Virus record (IMG/VR): IMGVR_UViG_3300033571_022590
Location: 1 to 64,000 of that record
From: an uncultured virus (IMG/VR IMGVR_UViG_3300033571_022590)
Lineage: Duplodnaviria > Heunggongvirae > Uroviricota > Caudoviricetes
DNA: 64,000 nt
Direction: 5' to 3' (one strand)
Shown: positions 47,423-54,711 of the stretch, in pieces
Position numbering within the stretch: the stretch's first letter is position 1
Layout of the letters: each line of letters starts with the position of its first letter
Notes under the pieces: generated by a model
Database searches by the model: none
What the model saw: the letters and a program-made list of their open reading frames with translations, nothing else
Told to the model about the DNA's origin: nothing
Program-made: the position numbers and the translations under genes

Positions 47423-48716
47423 GCAAAGACCTGAAACCCTGTGCATGGCTCCGTGGACGCATACCTATCTTAGTCCACAGACCGAACGGCGCATGTGTTG
47501 TGCCAGCCGAGAACCTGCGCAAAACTTTGAGCAGTACATAGACACGTCCTCAGGCACAGGCGAATATAGTCCCGTGGCTCTTGATGAACACTGGAATAGT
47601 GAACACATGAGAAGTGTGCGACTGCGTATGATGCGTGGGGAAACCCTGCCCGAATGTGAAGTATGCAACAACAAGTTATTGAACACTGATGTATATCGAG
47701 ACTATTTCAATAGACTGTTCGAGCACAAGTATGAGGAATGCATGCGTGCTACGGATCGCTATGGATTTACCAAGGTGCGCCCTGTGAGCTGGGATTATAG
47801 ATTCAGTAACCTATGTAATTTTAAATGCAGAATGTGTGGAGACATGTTGAGCTCTAGCTGGGAAACTGAACAGCGTCAACATGACATGATTGACTGGTCA
47901 GATAAAAAAAATACCTGGATGCGTCCTGAGGTTCGTGAACGTATTTCACTCTATCAAGACACGCAAATTGAACATGAATTTGCACTGGCTGTGGAACAAC
48001 ATCGAGTAGAAGAAGTGTATTGGGTCGGTGGTGAGCCACTCATGTATGAACAGCACTGGCGTTATATGCGTCGTATCATCGAACTAGGCGATGGTCCTCG
48101 AGTGTATGCCAGATACAACACAAATCTCAGCAGGATAGACTACAAAGGAACAAATCTTTACACAGACATTTTGGCACACATACGTGATTGGCAGATATGT
48201 GCCAGTCTGGATGGGACTGGAGCCACCGGTGAATACATTAGAACAGGCTTAAACTCTGAATCCTGGTTGGCAAATTTTGTGCAAGGTCGTCGGCTGGCCT
48301 CTCATCGCAGGCAAATGCGTATAGACTTTACTTTGACTTTGCCAGGACTTTTCCAAGTCGAGAACATAAACAGTCTTGCACAAAGTCTAGATGTAGATGT
48401 TCTAGCCAAGGTTGTTTTCAGTTTTACACCAGACATTATCATGAGTCCTTTGGCCTTGCCTAGACAGTTATTAGACGATACAGTAGACCGTTTGGCGGAT
48501 CGTATACCAGCCGGTGCCTTGAAGGATGTGTTGTTACAGCTCAAACAGCGACCTACATTTGCGGAACAATGGCCCACTGAGTGGCAGGCTGGACTTGCAA
48601 AAGGCAAGCGTCGTGTGTTAAAATTAGAACAAATACGTGGTGATACCTATACCATGGCAGATATACTCAGACCCAATCAGGAAATATATGACTGGTACCA
48701 AGCAATCGCTACTTGA
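47409..48716 (+). CDS. Radical SAM protein with an N-terminal Twitch/SPASM-like domain
   Basis: LCMAPW...MCC...CEVC, then CNFKCRMC, VGGEP and YNTN. Confidence 0.92.
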   Translation: MPAPKQRPETLCMAPWTHTYLSPQTERRMCCASREPAQNFEQYIDTSSGTGEYSPVALDEHWNSEHMRSVRLRMMRGETLPECEVCNNKLLNTDVYRDYFNRLFEHKYEECMRATDRYGFTKVRPVSWDYRFSNLCNFKCRMCGDMLSSSWETEQRQHDMIDWSDKKNTWMRPEVRERISLYQDTQIEHEFALAVEQHRVEEVYWVGGEPLMYEQHWRYMRRIIELGDGPRVYARYNTNLSRIDYKGTNLYTDILAHIRDWQICASLDGTGATGEYIRTGLNSESWLANFVQGRRLASHRRQMRIDFTLTLPGLFQVENINSLAQSLDVDVLAKVVFSFTPDIIMSPLALPRQLLDDTVDRLADRIPAGALKDVLLQLKQRPTFAEQWPTEWQAGLAKGKRRVLKLEQIRGDTYTMADILRPNQEIYDWYQAIAT

Positions 48717-49743
48717 TGTTGTAGAAATAGATCTAGGTACCGCAGAAGATCGTTTGCGTGTGTATGCCAACATCTATGACAACAGTCTCAGTCGCAAATG
48801 GCTAGCGGCCTTGAATGATTTGCTGATCAATCAATACCACCTGGAAAAGAACTACTGTTTTTTTGGATTTGCCGATGGTCCCAGGAACGGACCTTATCTG
48901 TTAGAACAAATCAATAACAGTATACAAGCTATTAACAAGTCCGGTATAGGCTATCACATTGACGATTATTTTGATATGGCCAACAGTGTGGATGAGTCAG
49001 ACGATGTTGATCACAATCATTTCAATCAACTACACAGATACTTTGAAGACTTGCAAGGCGGCAGTGGCCACATCAGTGATTACTACTGGCAAGCTGACAA
49101 CGCCACACGTTGGCATATTAGACAACTGAACTTGTTGTGCCATGAATTTGAAAGTTGGCAACTGAGCTGGCGGAAAAAACACACGGCACCGATGTGGCAA
49201 CGACCCAGCCAACTCATGTGCTGGCTGAGTGCGCCACGTTTTGTTTTAGATGAAGCGGATTACGAACTGTTTGGCATAGAAACAATAAATCGTAGCCTGG
49301 GCGGAGTATATGTAGGCGTCAACAAAGCAGTTGGCAAACATCACTGGGAAGTGTTTCAGGATGAAGGCCGCGACAGCAGGATAGGCGAGCTGACTACTAC
49401 CAGCCTTAAAGCTCAAACTGAAGCCGCTGGAGACTTTGACATAGAGTGGGCCAACAATCCAGGCACATTTCCTTGGCAGATAAAACAACTAAAAGAGTTT
49501 CGCGAATGGCTAACGGTCAATGGCTTTGATCCCGAAGATCGTAGCTTGACCATTGGACATCCGCAGGTGGGACAAGTGGATTTAATCCGCAGTTTTGGCT
49601 CGGAAGATTATCAAGAGATTTGGGCGCAGTTAAATACTCATTTAAATGTGCATGCTATTCGCACCAGCACTGCACGTGCCACTTATGAATATTTGTGGTC
49701 TGACCCAGACTACATGCAACAACAACTGAGGAACATGAAATGA
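48688..49743 (+). CDS. Hypothetical protein (His/Trp-rich) in the modification operon
   Basis: Long ORF overlapping its neighbours; FNQLHRYFE...LNLLCHEFE and VGKHHWEVFQDE. No family recognised. Confidence 0.7.
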   Translation: MTGTKQSLLDVVEIDLGTAEDRLRVYANIYDNSLSRKWLAALNDLLINQYHLEKNYCFFGFADGPRNGPYLLEQINNSIQAINKSGIGYHIDDYFDMANSVDESDDVDHNHFNQLHRYFEDLQGGSGHISDYYWQADNATRWHIRQLNLLCHEFESWQLSWRKKHTAPMWQRPSQLMCWLSAPRFVLDEADYELFGIETINRSLGGVYVGVNKAVGKHHWEVFQDEGRDSRIGELTTTSLKAQTEAAGDFDIEWANNPGTFPWQIKQLKEFREWLTVNGFDPEDRSLTIGHPQVGQVDLIRSFGSEDYQEIWAQLNTHLNVHAIRTSTARATYEYLWSDPDYMQQQLRNMK

Positions 49744-49841
49744 AATGGATTCGTAATCTCATCGAACGTATACGTCTTGAAATACGCTATAGAAAAAAAC
49801 TAAAAGAACTACGCAAACGCGATCCGTTCATTTATAAATGA
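49740..49841 (+). CDS. 33-aa basic peptide (not in the ORF track)
   Basis: MKWIRNLIERIRLEIRYRKKLKELRKRDPFIYK; ATGA overlaps on both sides; GAGG Shine-Dalgarno upstream. Confidence 0.7.
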   Translation: MKWIRNLIERIRLEIRYRKKLKELRKRDPFIYK

Positions 49842-49996
49842 TCACTCCTTGTGTAAACATCTGTATCATGACCAATGGCGTGTGCGAAGGGTGTGGTCGC
49901 ACCATTGATGAAATTGCAGAGTGGACCTTGTATACCGATCAAGAGCGGCTGACAATCATGCAAAGACTAGGACATGAGCAACATACTGGGAATTAG
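49838..49996 (+). CDS. DUF1289-like small Cys-rich (predicted Fe-S or metal-binding) protein, 52 aa (not in the ORF track)
   Basis: MITPCVNICIMTNGVCEGCGRTIDEIAEW matches the PC...C......C.GC.RT..EI..W pattern. Confidence 0.8.
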   Translation: MITPCVNICIMTNGVCEGCGRTIDEIAEWTLYTDQERLTIMQRLGHEQHTGN

Positions 49997-51428
49997 TGCT
50001 GGATTTCATGATGCTGCTGTTACAGTAATTGATCGCCATGGCGACATACTGTTTGCTGCACACAGTGAGCGTTTTAGCAAGAAAAAAAATGATGCCAATC
50101 TGCATCCTAATCTCATGATGGACGCTATGCATTACGGTGATATCAATCACATTGCGTACTATGAACGTCCCTGGCTAAAACAATTACGTAGACTACGAAG
50201 TGGCGAAGGCATACAGTGGGATCAACTCACTGTCAAACAAATATTAACAAAACAACTGGGGTCAGCTGTGTGGCCTCAAATAAGCACTCACAATCATCAC
50301 CTGTGCCATGCGGCTGCAGGTTTTCAAACCAGCCCATATGATCGTGCCACATGTGTGGTCATAGATGCCATTGGCGAATTTGACACAGTTTCAATCTGGG
50401 GAGCAGAATATGATAGTAAAAATCAAGCAAAGTATAAGAAACTTTGGAGCCAGAGTTACCCGAGGAGCATCGGGCTCTTTTATAGTGCAATTACTCAGCG
50501 AGTTGGCCTACACCCGCTAGATGAGGAATACATCACCATGGGCATGTCCGCTTGGGGTCAGCCACGATATGTAGCGGAATGTCGCGCCCTGTTGGCGGAT
50601 AACCTGCACATAGGCATAGACCCCAACTGGTTGCCTGACGCAGTCAATGAAGACATAGCTGCATCAGCACAGATTTTAACAGAAGAATTGATATATACGA
50701 TTATACGTCGTGCTAAGGATTTTGATTGGAGCACCAATCTGGTGTACCAAGGCGGCGTGGCTTTGAACTGTCTTGCTAATAGAAAACTCGGTGAATATTT
50801 TGAAAACATTTGGATCATGCCTGCTCCTGGCGATAGTGGCAATAGTCTTGGCGCTGCCGCATTGGCCCACGGAAAACGTTTACGCTGGAGGCATGCGTTT
50901 CTTGGCCACGAAATCCCAGGAGAATATCCTGTTGGCGCCGTCGTTGATCATCTACTATCAAATCAGATCGCTGGAGTTGCTAGTGGACGAGCCGAGTTTG
51001 GACCTCGAGCCCTGGGAAACCGAAGCCTCCTCGCCGACCCCCGAGGAATACATATAAAGGATCAAGTCAATGCGATCAAACGCCGCCAAAAGTTTAGACC
51101 ATTTGCGCCAGTTATCCTCTCAGAGCATGTGGATGAATTTTTTGATATGCCCCGGGGTTGGAGTAGCAGTCCTTATATGCAGTCAATCGCAACTTGTCGC
51201 CGTCCTGACTTATTTCCTGCTATCTGTCATGTGGACAACACTAGCCGAGTACAGACTGTTGCGGCTGACGGCTCAGGCATTAGACGTCTCTTAGAGGCCT
51301 GGTATGCACGCACAGGCTGTCCCATGTTGCTGAACACCAGCTTGAACATACGCGGTGAACCCATGGTCAATGATCGTCGAGATGCAGATAGATTCGAACA
51401 ACTATACGGTGTGAAAGTTTTTAGTTAA
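49974..51428 (+). CDS. Carbamoyltransferase (NodU/CmcH family)
   Basis: ILGISAGFHDAA, HHLCHAA, GGVALNC, GRAEFGPRALGNRS, RPFAP, SRVQTV and LNTSLN. Confidence 0.95.
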   Translation: MSNILGISAGFHDAAVTVIDRHGDILFAAHSERFSKKKNDANLHPNLMMDAMHYGDINHIAYYERPWLKQLRRLRSGEGIQWDQLTVKQILTKQLGSAVWPQISTHNHHLCHAAAGFQTSPYDRATCVVIDAIGEFDTVSIWGAEYDSKNQAKYKKLWSQSYPRSIGLFYSAITQRVGLHPLDEEYITMGMSAWGQPRYVAECRALLADNLHIGIDPNWLPDAVNEDIAASAQILTEELIYTIIRRAKDFDWSTNLVYQGGVALNCLANRKLGEYFENIWIMPAPGDSGNSLGAAALAHGKRLRWRHAFLGHEIPGEYPVGAVVDHLLSNQIAGVASGRAEFGPRALGNRSLLADPRGIHIKDQVNAIKRRQKFRPFAPVILSEHVDEFFDMPRGWSSSPYMQSIATCRRPDLFPAICHVDNTSRVQTVAADGSGIRRLLEAWYARTGCPMLLNTSLNIRGEPMVNDRRDADRFEQLYGVKVFS

Positions 51429-52450
51429 AGATAAGTTTCAAGACCGCCACGTCTGCGTAAATCCTGAGTGCAACAACTTATGCCACCATCCCAAAAATAA
51501 CTGTGACGCAGTTCTGAAATAATAGGGTTGATTCGGTGACGTTTGCAGTAATCAAATACTTCGCGATTGTAGGCACTGAATATCACATTTTCTTCATCTA
51601 GCACAAGACAGTTGACATCAAACACCGTTTCAGCCACAAAGCCAGTCCACTTGTTCAAATAGGTGTCTACAAATTGAGTGAACTCAGGTGTGGGAGTTTG
51701 TCCTTGCACATACCAGGCCCCAGGATTTGATTCGTATTTGAACTTGCCTACCTCCATGGCGGCCCAAATTGAACTATCCCAGATTTTACATATATCCCAG
51801 CCAGGAAAATCTCTGGCAAGATCAAGATTAACATCGTGCTTGCTGCTCAACAACACGCCTGGCTTGAGAATAGCAAACACGGCATCGCCGTGACCATCTG
51901 TGACAGCTTCGTGTATTCTATACTCTGGCCCCAGCACATTGTCCACAATCCAGCGTGTTTGTTCTGGCTTCAAGAAATCACTGTTGTCAAAAAACACATC
52001 ACGGCCCACACGCACAATACACGAAGCCGACGCACCATTCAAGATACAATCTGGATCCCAAGCACTGCGATGTGGGTTAACCACCGATTCTGAAAACTTG
52101 GTGCAGACCTTGTCCAGTTCTGGCACTGCCAACACACGCAACAAACGATCACCTAGAGTAATTTGCCAATCTCTGGGAGTCAAGGGCGGTAGTGGAGCTC
52201 CCCCGCCTTCGGTTTGAAACCACACAAATTCATCTTTGTTAGGCAGTTCAGGTCTGTGAACCAGGGCACCATACTGTTCAATTGTACGTTGCAGATTGTC
52301 AAGATCTTCCTGGGTTTCAGCCAGGATCTGTTGTAGTTGACAGCGTACCTGAGCATTGTCAATGAAATCAAAGTAATCGGGCGTGTAAGCACGACCCACA
52401 ATGACTTCTTCAAGTGGTTGCCACGAGGTGTATGAATTAACTTTGGCCAT
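51425..52450 (-). CDS. Amidinotransferase family protein (glycine/inosamine-phosphate amidinotransferase-like)
   Basis: VNSYTSWQPLEEVIVGRA, PRD, GHGD, FDVNCLVLDE..VI and GGISCCTQDLRR (pentein catalytic Cys region). Confidence 0.85.
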   Translation of the reverse strand: MAKVNSYTSWQPLEEVIVGRAYTPDYFDFIDNAQVRCQLQQILAETQEDLDNLQRTIEQYGALVHRPELPNKDEFVWFQTEGGGAPLPPLTPRDWQITLGDRLLRVLAVPELDKVCTKFSESVVNPHRSAWDPDCILNGASASCIVRVGRDVFFDNSDFLKPEQTRWIVDNVLGPEYRIHEAVTDGHGDAVFAILKPGVLLSSKHDVNLDLARDFPGWDICKIWDSSIWAAMEVGKFKYESNPGAWYVQGQTPTPEFTQFVDTYLNKWTGFVAETVFDVNCLVLDEENVIFSAYNREVFDYCKRHRINPIISELRHSYFWDGGISCCTQDLRRRGGLETYL

Positions 52451-53633
52451 GGATTTTTTGATGCAAGTTATTTAAACGATCTAATTTTGATGTTGCAAAT
52501 AGTCGTTGATTGTGATCAAGATCCGCCTGGCACTGTTTGTATAGACTATCTAGACCCTGACTATGCGCCTGTTTGATAGCTTCGCACAATTTGATCCATC
52601 TATGAGTGTGATTGGGTTCTAGATCATATGTGTTATCTAACACATCGTCAAACACTCGATATCCTAGATCACGCAATTGTTGTAGACTGCCAGCACCGCC
52701 AGCAACAAAAAACAACTGACCATGTTTGATGGGTTTAAATGTTTTTTCCGTGATAAAAGCACCGCCGCTTTGATCTACATCAAATTGACTTTCTAACACA
52801 ATGTTGCAATAGCTGTCAACATGGTATTTGAATACGGTAATTCCATGATCATTGCGTTGATCCTGCGTGAGATCGTCGCTGAAGTAGGGTGTTTGTGATA
52901 CAAACTTCTCCAGTGACCAACGCAATTGTGAAATACTGTCAATCTCCAGCGGGTTGTCGCAGGTGCTGTCTTGATCAGTGGGTTTTTCGCAGTAACTCCA
53001 GTAACTGTTTTCCAACAAATTGTTTTTTTTCAAATCAGCCATGATTGTGGCTCGCCACCATTTGTGCAGTCTAGACAGCACTGTGAAATCTTTCGAACGT
53101 GGTCGTGTGTGTATGGGCAAAGGTGCTTCACGGTTACGAGCATGATACCAAAGTTCAAAATCTACAAAATACACAAAATTTTCTAGATTCTCGGCTGCGC
53201 TGTTGCTGCTCACAAACACATAACAATTTTTAGGTAGTGCATGTTGTTGCACCAAGCTGTCAAGTCTTGATTTTATGCGTTGCGGGTTGTCGCCCTCATG
53301 ATACAAAAATAACACACGCAGTTGATGTTGTTTGAGTCGGTTGCGCACAGCAGACCCCATGAGTTCAAAATAGTCAATTTCAAAATCAAAAAATCCTATA
53401 CCAATGGGATAAAAAGTATTTTCTGGCAGTGATGATTGCAGTTCATGAATATTGATTTTGGCTCCATGTACTTGACAATATTCTTCCAGGCGCAAGGGAA
53501 TGGTGTAGGGCCAGTGTTGTCCAAATTCTCTCCAGCTTTGAGTATACGGCCGGCCCTGATGTCGAGCTAGAGCTGGATATATTTTGCCCTTGATGGTTCT
53601 GTCTGCTACAAAATTAAATTCTAAATTCATCAA
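52437..53633 (-). CDS. GT10-like family protein
   Basis: LSRLHKWWR; NIVLESQFD...FITEKTFKPIKHGQLFFVAG...GYRVFDDVLDNTYD. Confidence 0.6.
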   Translation of the reverse strand: MMNLEFNFVADRTIKGKIYPALARHQGRPYTQSWREFGQHWPYTIPLRLEEYCQVHGAKINIHELQSSLPENTFYPIGIGFFDFEIDYFELMGSAVRNRLKQHQLRVLFLYHEGDNPQRIKSRLDSLVQQHALPKNCYVFVSSNSAAENLENFVYFVDFELWYHARNREAPLPIHTRPRSKDFTVLSRLHKWWRATIMADLKKNNLLENSYWSYCEKPTDQDSTCDNPLEIDSISQLRWSLEKFVSQTPYFSDDLTQDQRNDHGITVFKYHVDSYCNIVLESQFDVDQSGGAFITEKTFKPIKHGQLFFVAGGAGSLQQLRDLGYRVFDDVLDNTYDLEPNHTHRWIKLCEAIKQAHSQGLDSLYKQCQADLDHNQRLFATSKLDRLNNLHQKIHGQS

Positions 53634-54711
53634 ACATTCCTAAAAGTTCGGTCCAAAGCCGTTGACTAAATCCACCGTTGTAAAAATGATCAAAGTTATG
53701 CTCTACCACGGGCAAGCATCTGCGGTGTATTTCTTGACGCTCTTGCTGGCTCAAATTGTCAAGGTCTTTAAGTAATTTTACAATCTTTTCCATGCGCAGT
53801 CTATCATCGATTTCTTCATCATAGCTTTCATCAAATATGTCACCAAAGGTTTGGAATCCATATTCACGCATGTATGCCAAACTGCCTGCTGGTGCTACCA
53901 ACACAAAAGGCATTTCTAGAGCAATGGCCTTGAAAGTTTTTTCTGTGATATGCAAACGGCGTCCAAAATATACAGTTTCTGTGGCCACGTATATCAAACT
54001 GTCAGCAGACTCTTCAAAATTGGTAAGCCAACAGCTGGCCATGTGTTGTGTGTCCTCGCCGCTGAACAATCTTGGCAATGTGGCTGCGGCAAACACTTGC
54101 TCAATGTCGGGATATATGTTATTATACTTAGAAGCAACTTGTGCTATATCAATGTTTTCGTACACACATGTTCTTGGAGCACTGATATGATTGTGCGCTA
54201 GATCATGTTTGAACACGTTATAAAGAAACAATACTCTATGATCACGCTTGCCACCTACTATGCGATTGGGACTGATAAAAGTACGACTGGGTCGACGATT
54301 GCGAGCTCGAGCGATCAGAAAGGTTTTATCGTATCCACGGAACCAGTCCTGACTGGCCCAGCCGTGGAAAAAGTAGTAATGTGGAGTCCAGCCATACTGT
54401 TTGCACATAGCATCCACAAATTCTCCGCGTTCACTGACCACAATGTGTCCAGGTGGTGTGTTTGGATATAAAATATCTCGATTACGTCTTTTTACATCTT
54501 GAAACAGGGGTTCGTGTAGATCCAGCCACACTGGTTCTTGATCATGCATGTAAACATAGTCGGTTTCTATGATGTCATCCCTACCAAGATTAAATAAATG
54601 ATCCTTGTCAGTGTGCCCAAACGGGTCACAAAAAAACAATCTTGTGCCTGGTCTGTGTTGTGCAAACCAAGGCCAAAATGTATGGTTGTAAATTTCATCA
54701 ATTCTAATCAT
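53614..54711 (-). CDS. GT10-like family protein
   Basis: NRIVGGKRDHR; VATETVYFGRRLHITEKTFKAIALEMPFVLV...GFQTFGDIFDESYD. Confidence 0.6.
   Translation of the reverse strand: MIRIDEIYNHTFWPWFAQHRPGTRLFFCDPFGHTDKDHLFNLGRDDIIETDYVYMHDQEPVWLDLHEPLFQDVKRRNRDILYPNTPPGHIVVSERGEFVDAMCKQYGWTPHYYFFHGWASQDWFRGYDKTFLIARARNRRPSRTFISPNRIVGGKRDHRVLFLYNVFKHDLAHNHISAPRTCVYENIDIAQVASKYNNIYPDIEQVFAAATLPRLFSGEDTQHMASCWLTNFEESADSLIYVATETVYFGRRLHITEKTFKAIALEMPFVLVAPAGSLAYMREYGFQTFGDIFDESYDEEIDDRLRMEKIVKLLKDLDNLSQQERQEIHRRCLPVVEHNFDHFYNGGFSQRLWTELLGMFDEFRI

Noticed and set aside
39249..49996. Classical RiPP cluster
   Set aside because: No recognisable RRE/PqqD domain, peptidase, transporter or leader-core precursor; the context is dominated by sugar enzymes. 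Not fully excluded.
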